Below are positions 24,386 through 35,656 of a stretch of DNA of 64,000 nucleotides, in pieces. How positions within the stretch are numbered: the stretch's first letter is position 1; the number at the start of each line of letters is the position of its first letter. The notes beneath the pieces were generated by a model. The model was given only the letters and a program-made list of their open reading frames with translations, did no database searches and had not been told where the DNA came from. Source of the DNA: Felis catus (Eukaryota). Location of the stretch: positions 45,756,001-45,820,000 of the forward strand of contig NC_058380.1 of the NCBI RefSeq assembly GCF_018350175.1. The letters are read 5' to 3'. The position numbers and the translations under genes were made by a program.

Positions 24386-27300
24386 TTGACACAGCCAAAT
24401 ATGTCCATCTTTTTTGCATTTTGAACTCTCAGTGATAATTTTGCTGTTTTTTTGTTTTGTTTTGTTTTACATAGTACCGATGTCACATTTCTTGCCCTTT
24501 ATCCTATTGCTTTATCAGTGCTAATTCTTAACTTGCTAAGGTGGCATTCACTGCTTATCTTCTGTTCAGATAGCTGTTCTTCTTTCTGATTGAAATGAAG
24601 ATGAATTTTTAAAACAAATTTATAAAAATCCTTTTATGTTAATATTAGTCTCTAATTATAGTATTTCCCCATCTTTTTTCTTTGAGTATATGTCTTAACA
24701 TGCAAGGTTTTTTGGTTTTTTTTGTAATGTGGTGAAATTACTTTTTCCTTTGTCATTTTTAAATATTTTCTTGCATATTTTTCCCTCCATGATATGGTAC
24801 AATTATCCCAGTATTTTATATTGTGAATATGATTTTTTATTAGACTTCTGGTATGAAATCTAATGTATGTTTTCAAATTGTTATCCAATTGTCCCATCAC
24901 CACTTTTTGAATAATTTTCACTTTCTCACTGAATTTTTAGGCTTTTTAAAATCGTATAATAAAATCTTATATGGGTCATTTAGGGTCTCTTCAGTTCCAA
25001 TGACCTTTTATTCAAATTGTCTTTGGTATATAGATTGCTGTTTTGAATGAGATTTTGTTTTCATCTTGTATTCCAGACTTTATTGCAGTTATAGTGGGAA
25101 ATACATGGTTGGAGCATGCTGGTTTTCTGTCATCATTACTGTCATTGATTCTTAAGTTTTTGGATGAAATGTTACTCTCATTGATTTGTAACAGATTTTT
25201 GGGTTGATTCTCTAGTGTTTCCACCTTAGATAATTATGTTATCTGCAGAGTATAAAAAACCTTGTTTCATATTACCTGTATCGTAACTAAAAACATTAGT
25301 TTATGCTTCCAGCACAATTATAGTAGTGACACAAGGCATTGTGTCTTGCAGGTGATTTTAATAGGGGTAATTATAGTTTGATAATTTATTTGTTAAAGAG
25401 AGACATTCTTGATTTTGCTCATTAAATGTAAGTGCACACAGTGCAGAACTGTTGAAATTGAGTTCCTTAACCAAGAATAGGTTAGTTCCTCTATTTGCTT
25501 GCTAACAGTCCCCACTTTCTAGGGACTGATATTATTCTGCCATCTACTGGTTGAAAGTAAAAGTCCTCGTTTTAGATAGATTGCAGAAAATGTATCTCCT
25601 TAAAGACAAACGACAACAGCAAGACACCAGTAATGACAAAAGCCATGAGAAATTTTGGTAGCATATGGGAAACTTCAAGGCTTCACATCATACTCATTAC
25701 ATAATTAAATATACAAAACCTATGGTAACTTTTGGTGGATACAGTGGGACAGTTATCAAAGAGAATGTATTTTTTGACATCACATAAAAATATACATGTA
25801 AATTGCTTTGATCGTTATTTTATTGATAAATTCATATAATTATGACTATTATCAAAGGTTTGCAACATTTTGTCTAAGCAACCACATTCACTACTGCATG
25901 CCCTTTTTCGGGTGGGCGGGGGAGTACACTCCCCATTCTTCTTAAATTTTTTTTAGCAGAGAGCCTTATCATGAAGACACTTACACAGTAAATCTTTTCA
26001 ACAGCAGAAAGGATATAATATGCAATAATCCAGGTATAAGTAAATCTGATAAACATATTATTCTAAGAGCTTTCTATATGGGCTTGCCCATGTGGATTCC
26101 AGGGATCAGGTCACTGCTCTAGCCACACAGCTTTCATTCAGCCTAAACAGCAACATATGTACACAGGCACACACACGTGTAATACAGATATCCAAATTCT
26201 TTAGAGTACCATCCATGGGCTTTCTTTGAGAAAGCGTGTTTCTTGGCTATGGGAATGCTAAGAGTGACATAACTCCCCATTTTCTAATTCTCCAAAACAT
26301 TGTCTCAGATTAAAATATCCTCCTACATTCATACATTAAGCATTCTTTTCCTCGGGAGGGATATGACTGAAAACAGGTGACTTCTTATTAAGACCGGTCC
26401 TGAATGACAAACAAGTCGCTGGCTGGATGTTCTATTTAAAGAAAAAATCACTAAGACAACTGATGATTCTGGGCCACAATAGAACTTCCCTGGAGTAGTT
26501 ATTACACTTCTGTGATGTCGCAGGACCAAGCTGTTCTATTTGAAGAAATGGGCAGTTTTTGAAAACTTCATCATAGAAATGTTGAGGATGCTGTTGGGGA
26601 GATGACCACAGATGGTGGTATCAGGCACAAGAAACATGTACAACCTGCGACTGCTCAGCTCCATGCCTGCATAGAAAGAGTGATTTCCCTCTAGTCCACA
26701 TTTCTGTATAACTGCCCCACTGCTGGCTTTCAGGAGACCAGAGTCACAGAGAAAAATCTCAGCAATAACGTAACTCCGTAACAGCCTTGTCCACCCCCTC
26801 GGAATGACTTCACACCCCAGACCTAACCTATACCATAGTCCCAATAATTCTATTCTACCTGAATTGGGCATTCAAGCCATAAAAACTGGTTTTATTAATA
26901 TTGAGGACATGGTACTGAGAAGCACTGTCCTCTCACATCATAGACAAGTATCTATTTGTCTGATATGATATATCTGATTATCGTCTTTTTGAAGTTTCTG
27001 AGCCACATGGCCACTTTGACCCAACAGACCGGCAACCCAATTTCCAACTCACCTGCAAAGCTTCGTATAGTGGGTTTTCATACACTACATTCCACATTTA
27101 TCCTGGCATTATAGGTTCCAAGGAAAGAGGAATCCTGGGTATCCTTCTCAGACCTGTTGGCAAAGGAATGTGGCCAATAAGACACAACCCTCTCAGCTTT
27201 TGAGTGAGTTTTACTTTCTTACCAGTGACTACCCCAGCTCCACTGTGTTCCTAGAACATCCAGGATAAAACCAGTACATACTAGCTCAAGCACTTGGGTC

Positions 27301-28054
27301 CAGCACTGATATTCTTTTCCCTGATTCCCTTAGAATCATGTAGCCCAAGCTCAAACCCTGTAAGAATCCCCTTTCTGTCCCTTCCTACTGAACCTTGTGA
27401 TTCTTCATGGTGAATGCTCTCACAGCAGAAGAAATCTGACCTGGGTTGACTATAGATCTGTTGCTGTTGGTCTACACCTGCTGTGCCTCATTACAACTCC
27501 AGAAAAGGAAGGAGTGTGAGAGTAACCCAAGAGAGAACCAGCACAATCTTCAGCCCCATCTATGCTGTTAGTGGTCAGAGAGAGGATAATTCAGGGCTCA
27601 TTTGGGGGTGGGGGGAGGAGGCTGGCAGATGTCCCCTTTACTTTATACACGTAAGTAACATTTTTAACTATTGTTAAAATATCTGAAAGATTTTAGAAGA
27701 AAAAAAACCTTTCTTCTAATGTGAAAAGAAAAAAAATGAGGATGGGGGAAACCCATAACAGAGAAAGCTATAACATTATGTATTTTATATGTCTGTTATA
27801 GATAATACATATAACATTCTCATAGCTATCGTGTAGATATTTTGAATGTTAAAAAAATTTAGTGATGCGATCACATCGTGCACCACAATCCCTTGAAATG
27901 AGAAGAGCACGATTGAAAACATTGCTTTTGAAGACCTCCTGGAAGATTACAAGCAGATTTGATTGGCTCGGATTCCAAGAGCAGAAAACACGACCCGCGA
28001 GGTGAGTATGACGAAATCGCTACAGAGCAAGAGAAATCACGGGGAGACTGAGAC

Positions 28055-28720
28055 AGACTGTGTGTCTTCCAGAGATGACCCACCACAGCATCTCCCAGCC
28101 CACATGTGTCTTGAGAACGTTGCCATTTCTCGAAAAGTTGAATCCAATTCACCTCCCCTTAAATATGGGAAGGTTTGGAAATTGTTTACAAAAAGATTCG
28201 TTAGAAATAGTGTTGTGTGACTTCAAGGTTGGAATTAAATCAGAGTTTGTCAATCCTGACACTCCTAATGCTTGTGGCCAGATACGTCTTTGTTGTGGGG
28301 ACTGTCCCGTGCCCTGTGGGGATATTTACCACCATCCCTGGCCTATACCCACTAGCTGCCAGCAGCGGTCCTCGTCAGTTGTGACAACCAAAACCGTCTC
28401 CAGACATTGCCAAAAGTCCCCTGGGGGACAGAATCATTCCCACTGAGAATCACTGGGCTAGGTCATAAAAGGTGATACAGCTTTGTCACTGGGTCACTCA
28501 CTTTTGAGCCCTTGGTCCCCATGTAAACGGTGCAACTGTAGTGACTCCACCGATCTGTCAGAACAAAACAGGCCTCCAGGAGACGTTCTGGCGAGGTGGC
28601 GAGCCATCCAGTGGGGTGTGTTCCAAGCTGAGGCCCCAGACATTGTGAGGGACATTCCTTCTGTACCCTATACAAATCCCTGACTCACAGGACATGTGAG
28701 AGTAAGACAATTGTTATTTA
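28055..28720 (+). mobile_element. MLT1-type MaLR LTR interrupted by MER20
   Basis: tgtgacttcaagg/ggctaggtcataaaagg...aaatccctgactcacag motifs on either side of the MER20. Confidence 0.6.
28241..28455. mobile_element. MER20 (hAT-Charlie MITE)
   Basis: gttgtgacaaccaaaaccgtctccagacattgccaaaagtcccctggggg...ctgagaatcactg. Confidence 0.9.
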
Positions 28721-28759
28721 GGATAATACTTTCTTTTAATAAGAGAGAGCATTCTTCCT

Positions 28760-29030
28760 TTTCTTTTTCTTTTTCTTTTTTTTTTTTTAATGTTTATTTT
28801 TGAGACAGACACAGCGCGAGTGGGAGAGGGGCAGAGAGAGAGGGAGACACAGAACCTGAAGCCGACTCCGAGACACAGAACCTGAAGCCGACTCCGAGAC
28901 ACAGAACCTGAAGCCGACTCCGGGCTCCAAGCTGTCAGCACAGAGCCCAACGCAGGGCTGAACTCATGAACTGTGAGGTCATGACCTGAGCTGAAGTCAG
29001 ATGCTTAACTGACTGAGCACCCAGGCGCCC
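28760..29030 (-). mobile_element. Can-SINE with internal 26-bp triplication
   Basis: SINE body; gagacacagaacctgaagccgactcc x3 at 28844-28921. Confidence 0.9.
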
Positions 29031-29165
29031 CTTGGATAATACATTTTAAGGTAATTTGTTTCAAAGCTATAGTAATGGGGATATTTTGTATTGGGCGTGG
29101 AGTGATACAAATTATAAATAAATAACAAACCCTGTTTATCAGATCAGACTAAGAGACTGTAAAAT

Positions 29166-29373
29166 CTTTTTTTTTCAATGTTTATTTATTTTTCAACAGA
29201 GAGAGAACATGAGCAGGGGAGGGGCAGAGAGAGAGGGAGACGCAGAATCCAAAGCAGGCTCCAGGCTCCGAGCTGTCAGCACAGAGCCCGACGCGGGGCT
29301 CGAACTCACAGACCGTGAGATCATGACCTGAGCTGAAGTTGGACACTTAACCGACGGAGCCACCCAGGCGCCC
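29166..29373 (-). mobile_element. Can-SINE
   Basis: TSD gagactgtaaaa. Confidence 0.92.
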
Positions 29374-30096
29374 TGAGACTGTAAAACCTTTTAACACTTA
29401 AGGAAGATCTAAGGCACCTTACAGATTTTCAAACAGACATAAGGCCCCTAAGGATCACAAGGGAGTGCCTCACAGATTCTTGCCATTCAGCAAGAGGATT
29501 CCGAGAGACCAAATTATTGTGTCACAGAAGCCCTGTGGGAAGCCCAGAGTGGAAAAGCGTGGATTTGGAGAGATTTGTGGGTGTACCTATCATCCAATGA
29601 CACGCTTTATCAATTGAAACACAGCCAACCCACTAAATGTTCAAAGTCATAGATCAGTTTAGACTGAGAGTAAGAGATAACTTGAAATAAAGAGGCCATT
29701 GGAGCCCCCAACTTTTCCAGAAAGCAAGCAGGTTGGGAAGACTATGCGGCAGCTACACGAACCGCTTCTTGTGGGAAAGGAAGGATAATTTAAAAGGCAG
29801 AACTAAGAACCGCAGAGGAGAAAGGTGAGCCACGGAGAGCAATGCCCAGGGAGCTGGCCTGCCCTAACGGATATCAGATTTACAACAGACCAGGGACTGC
29901 TGTGTGCTTTCTGCCGCTCTCTCATTTTGAAGGGGAGTGTTGGTGATGCACATAACCTCTCTGTTTGGATTGTAGGTCTTCACATTGAGAAGGACACTCA
30001 CTGAGCAGGGCTGCGGAAACGGTCTTGCTCACGATTATGTCCTTTGCACATGTTAGAGGCACAGTAAAAGAGAATGGATAGAGAATAAATATTACA

Positions 30097-30320
30097 GGGG
30101 TGCTTGGGTGGCTCCGTCGATTGAGCGTCCAACTTCAGCTCGGGTCATGATCTCACAACTTGCGAGTTCGAGCCCCGTGTCAGACTCTGTGCTGACAGTT
30201 CAGAGCCTGGTGCCTGCTTTGGATTCTGTGCCTCTCTCTGACCCTCCCCTGCTCACACTGTCTCTCTCTCTCTCTCTCTGTCCTTCTCAAAAATAAATAA
30301 ACATTTAAAAATGTAAAGAA
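30097..30320 (+). mobile_element. Can-SINE
   Basis: Head, (CT)n tract, A-rich tail; TSD aataaatatt. Confidence 0.9.
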
Positions 30321-30802
30321 ATAAAATAAATATTGACGTAAGTAGTTAGGGGCAGGGAATCTGCCTTGGAACTCACGTAACCCCACTAGCTCAGTGTCTC
30401 ATCCCTTTCTTTCCCTAGGTGATCTATTGGCCAACCTTTTGGCCGGGTGCCTCCCAAGGTTAGGGGAGGGGAGGGAGCCTCGCAGGCCTAGGCTAGAAGA
30501 AGTTTTAGCACACTAGGGAACTGCAGGAGCACTGGCTGCAGGCTCAGTCTTTGCCCAGAGAAACGTGACCCGGTGGGGAGAAAATTACTCTGGAGATCCG
30601 AAAACTCCCAGCCCATGACCTATCAGAGCACAGTCCTGAAATGACCCCAGGTCCACTGGTTGCCAGGGGAGGGTGCCGGGTCCTTGGGGGTCCTCAAAAT
30701 TCTATGCTCGATGCCTCGCTCCATCCTCTCTGCACATGCAGTCTCAACCTCCCAAATAGCCCTGAGTGTCACCTCTAGGATTATGACTTCTGCATGTAGG
30801 TC

Positions 30803-31019
30803 TTTTTTTTTTTTTTAAGTTTACTTAGTTATTTTGATAGAGATAGAGTGAGCAGGGGTGGGGGGCAGAGAGAGAGAGAGGGAGAGAGAGAATCCCAAGC
30901 AGGTGCCACACTGTCAGCGCAAAGCCTGTTGCAGGCCTTGAACTCATGAACCATGAGGTCACGACCTGAGCTGAAACCAAGAGTCAGGCACTTAATGGAC
31001 TGAGCCACCCAGCTGCCCC
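30803..31019 (-). mobile_element. Can-SINE within an L2 remnant
   Basis: Reverse-oriented SINE body. Confidence 0.88.
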
Positions 31020-31404
31020 TTCCATGTGTATGCCTTTACCCAGAGTCCTATCACCAAACATTAGACCCGTATTTCTACCTGCTGCCCTAGAACGTCTCCA
31101 CTCAACAGGTCCAACATGGAACATCTATTTCCAAACTTTCTTGCCCTTAAGATCTGGTCTTCTTCCTGTGTTCCCCTTCTATGTGAGTGGATTCATCCTT
31201 CTGCTACCAGAGATAGGGACACAGACGTCATCCTTGATTCCTCGACTTCCTCAAAGCCCATACCCAAGAAACCTCACACTATCATTTGAGCACTTATAAT
31301 ATCACCTATCATATTGACGGCTACCCATCTTCTATATAACAACCTTCCACATTAGGGGATAGTCTACCTTACGAATCCTGTGTCTTCAGGTTGTGGGGTT
31401 TTGT

Positions 31405-31754
31405 TTTTTATTTTTTTTTTAAGCAATCTCTATGCCCAGTGTGGGGCTTCAACTCAGGACCCACCCTGAGACCAAGAGTCGCATGCTCCACCAACTGAAC
31501 CAGGCAGGTGCCCCTCAGTTGTGGTTGTTTTCTTTTTTTCTTTTTTTCTTTTTTTTATTTTTTTAACGTTTTATTTATTTTTGAGACAGAGAGAGACACA
31601 GCATGAACGGGGGAGGGTCAGAGAGAATCTGAAACAGGCTCCAGGCTCTGAGCTGTCAGCACAGAGCCTGACGCGGGGCTCGAACTCACGGACCGCAAGA
31701 TCATGACCTGAGCCGAAGTCGGCCGCTTAACCGACTGAGCCATCCAGGCACCCC
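31405..31754 (-). mobile_element. Two adjacent Can-SINEs (short ~31405-31514; full ~31530-31754)
   Basis: Two SINE heads; TSD cagttgtggttgttt around the second. Confidence 0.88.
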
Positions 31755-31756
31755 AG

Positions 31757-32245
31757 TTGTGGTTGTTTTAAAATACATCCACAAACTGCCTCATATTCTT
31801 CCTTGTCCCTTCCCTTGACTATATACTGGATGTTGTGACTCCCCTGTAATGCATACACGACATCTGGCTGAAATGATTCTGGAAACTTCTAAGGCTATGC
31901 CACAAAACAATTTACTGCCTCCTCCACTCCTCTCTTTTTTTATCACTCGCTCTAGTTGAAGCCAGCTGCCATGTTGAGCAGACAGCCCAGACCACCATGG
32001 GGAGGCCCATGTGGCTGTGATGAGGAACTTCCACGTCCTTCCTGCCGATGTCCATACAAGTGACCCACGGTAGAAGCAGATTCTCTGTCTCAATGAAGCC
32101 GTCAGGTGACTTTAGGCCAGTTGATATCTCGACCACATGGGAGACCCGGAGACCACTGAATCTGCTTTCCAATTCCTGATTCACAAAAACTGGTAAAAAA
32201 CTATTGTTGTTTAATAACTAATTATGCATCAACGGAAAACTCAAT
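31757..32245 (+). mobile_element. MLT1F/G/H-type MaLR LTR
   Basis: gccagctgccatgttg..gaggcccatgtgg..gaagcagattct..aattcctgattcacaaaaactg..ttgttgttt. Confidence 0.7.
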
Positions 32246-32924
32246 TAATAATGTAGAAGATGCAATTGACATCTCTAGTCTCCTTTGCAGATAGAACATG
32301 GGCACTTGAATACAGCTGCCAATCAGAAGCAATGTGTGTGACATGTTAATCCTAAAGTGAAAAGCGAAAAGATTCAGGCTCTGTGTGGAAATTCCACATT
32401 TCCTAGCTGAGGTGACGGTTTCCCATGGCGGCAAGTTCAAGTTTCTGGCAAGGAAATGGCACGATCAAATGGCCATTCTTTCCAGTTCTTACCGAAGTCG
32501 GCAAAGGTGTGAATGGAATTAATAAAACTATTTATGCTCCTTTTGCATTTCAAGGCAGATTAAAGGTGTATGGACATTTTGTATCTCTTTACAGGTATGG
32601 GTAAGACCCAAACATTAAAATACAGATTTAACTACCCCCACAAAGCAATATAAACAGAAAGCAAAGTTTACCATATTATAATATAAATGATAACATTTGC
32701 AAAAATAGAAATTATTATAGGATATTAAATTCTCATTACTCAGGTTAAAATGCAATTCCTTTTCCCAAAAGTATAGTTTCTTATTAATACATCATGTGCT
32801 GCAAACGACTCACCACATTTTAAAACTGACCCAGACAAAAAATATTTCAGTAAATATTTATAAAATTGAAGCCACACAGAAATAGATGAGACTCAATTGC
32901 AGAAGGTTGAACTGAGTCTCCTCT

Positions 32925-33470
32925 CCAACTTCCCGGGTTTTCTGATGAGCTTCTTAATACAGAGAAAGCACTTCTTGATTTCCGCTTCTGAATTTCCAGT
33001 CTGACAACGTCCCGGGCAGGGCAGCTATGTACTGTCTTGCCAGAGAAGACTGATTCTTTGCAACTAGCTCCCCACAGGCAGGCTGGCGTCCTCGTTGCTC
33101 GGGAGGGTCTTTTCCTTCCTCATCTCCTGCACCGAACTGGTCACCGGGTCGTCCACCTTCTCATCGAGTCCAGTGAGCACTTTCAGCGGTTCGTGCTGGA
33201 TCGTCGTGAAGTTGGATCATCATCTCCTGAAGACAGAGGTGGCCTGAGCTCTTTGGAACCGGCTGCCACGCACCTGCTTCTGGGGAAACCTGAAAATGTT
33301 CTCGGTCCTCCAGGCACGACAGCAAGGATGATCCTCCCCACATACTGCAGAACTGTGACGGTCTCCAGCGTGGGCAGGCCACGGTTCTGGGCGAGGTCGC
33401 CGCGGAGGGTGCTGACAGAGCTGGAGAGCATCGTCTCCAGTGTCATCATGAAGAGGCTGGCAGGCCCCAG
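32925..33470 (-). pseudogene. Minor-class type I IFN pseudogene (IFN-chi/mu-like)
   Basis: 23-codon signal starting at CTG (lost ATG), then GDLAQNRGLPTLETVTVLQYVGRI/SLLSCLEDR/FRFPQKQVRGSRFQRAQATSV..LTGLDEKVDD..SNEDASLPVGS*LQRISL..DVVRLEI/EIKKCFLCIKKLIRK; frameshifted. IFN identity is clear; the subtype is inferred. Confidence 0.8.
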
Positions 33471-34929
33471 GCGGGCGTGATGACGCGCAAGTCCACCCGG
33501 GGGAGACTTTACCCAGCTGCTCTGAACACCTTGCACACGAGGTTCTTCATTAGGCCGGGACTGCCGCCTCGGTTCTTATCCCGATCTTCTTTCCACTTTT
33601 TGTCGGGGCTTCAGACCACGTCACGACCTCAACACTTCCTTTGTATTGTGACGCTGCAGATCAAACACACGCATGGAAATCCTAGAAGTCTCAGTCCAAT
33701 AGGATACGTTCACCTAAATGAGACCCCAGGTTGAAGTAAAAACCCGACTCTCCGTCCATGTCTGTTTTTCAATTCTAAAAAGAACGCTCAGTGGTTTGAT
33801 CCAGGTACCATTCTTCCACTTCTCCAAATGCACTCGAAGACAACTTGCCCCAACCCTCTGCATTTCCCTTGTAAGGGGCTCTCCATTAAGTTTGAATTCT
33901 CCCCTATCTCTTTACAGGAGACATGGCTCATATATTCTGACACAGTCTGAAGATAATAGAGGCATAAAGGTGAACTTCAAGGGTTAACTCACAGAGTTCT
34001 CTGCATCCTGTCCCCCAGAAGGTGCCGCCTGCACAACACGTGGAAGGCAGTGTGTGGCCATGTGGACTCACAGAAGGCAAGACAGGGATGGTGACTGCCC
34101 TCCAGGGAACAAGGAAGGCAGACATTAAAGGCATGGTTCAGATTAATGAGGCACCAGCACAGTCAGTGCAGCTAAGGGCACGTACTAAGAGCTGAGGAAG
34201 AGGACGGACTGGAGGGCGGCAGAAAGCCCCACTTTTGAAGACACCTGTGGCTCCGGAGGATAAATGACACCGGATTTTCATCTCCTCCTCAAAAAGAAGT
34301 GGAGACATTAGTAGTGGTCACACAGGAAAGTGTAAAGACTAAATGAGATAAAGTTTGCAAATTTTAGGCTGATCACAGATGAGAGTCCACCTGACCGCAG
34401 TAAATGGTCGCTGCCTGCAGGGCTAGTAGGACATCCAATGCTGGGTAGAGTCCACACTCAGCCAAACCAGCTCAAGCTTTCAGTGAAGCTCCCTTAACAC
34501 CCTCAGGGGTGTGCATGGGGAGCCCCTCCCCTCACCCTGGACACTCCTGGAGAGGGCAGTGTCTGCAGGACCGTGAAGGAGCAGAGCCCAAGTTTCCCCT
34601 CTGGGGTCAGTACCTGGAACACAAAGGAGAGAGATCTCACAGCGCAAAGAAGGTCTTTGCGGGGAACCAGCCTCTTGAAAGTTGTCTGACAGAAATGGCT
34701 GCTCTGTGAATAGTATAAAGTGGTCAGAGCTCCTTCCCTCAGGCTCACTCACCTTCAGACCACTTCTGGTGATAGTTTGAAGGCACAGTGGAGAAGACAA
34801 AATTTGTAGAAACGAGGAAACCAGTTTTAAAAATTATGAAGGAGAGGGTGATGAGAAATGGGACATTCCTAGATTTTCAGCCATTGAAATTCACAGCCCT
34901 AATTCAAAAGCTATTTCTTGGGTCAGTAT

Positions 34930-35100
34930 TTGGGTAAAGCAGGTGAGTACTTCCTTCAAGTACTAAATTTAAAGAGGCACCAAATCTAAGTAATCAAGAT
35001 AAATACCTTAATGCAATACTTTAAAATGTAAGTTAATGCAGAACATCCATGTGGTACAAAATATCAACATGTTAAATACAGAGGAGAACTGACCTTGCAC
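34930..35100 (+). mobile_element. MER96B-like hAT remnant
   Basis: aaatttaaagaggcaccaaatctaagtaatcaagataaata...aatgcaata...catccatgtggtacaaaatatcaac. Confidence 0.65.
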
Positions 35101-35656
35101 GTGCAAGTTCCTGAGTCTTCAAAGGAGCCACAGTGCATATGAAATTTTGGCAAATTCCATTCAGTCTAGGAATTTCTTGCCAAAGAAAATACAAAGATCT
35201 CACCTGCTAAATGTGCTGAATGCTTGTGCACAACACCAGCCTTCCTCTTTAACCATAGAGTCAAGTTGGAATACGGGGAGAGATGTTTCATTAACCAGGA
35301 GTTAAATAAAAATGACATGAAGTTTGTCAGGGAGACACAAGAAATTGTCAAACGTACAGTTCTACCAACTGAAAAGAAGAAGTAATCTCCACTATATTAT
35401 TGAGTTTGTTTCCATCAATGGTGGAAGAGTAAAGTTATATTCAATTGTGTGCATTCAATCCCACTGCAAAAAGTTAACAAAAATAGCGGTTGAATATCTT
35501 AATATGAGAATGTTTAATATCTTATGTCTAATATTTTAATGTAATATTTACTATGAAATACGTCATGGTGACCCAGTTGACGACAGTGCTGTGCGAGATT
35601 CTCAATTCCTCCTTTGCAAAGTGCAATCTGTTGACGCCTGCGCACCGACTTCCGGG

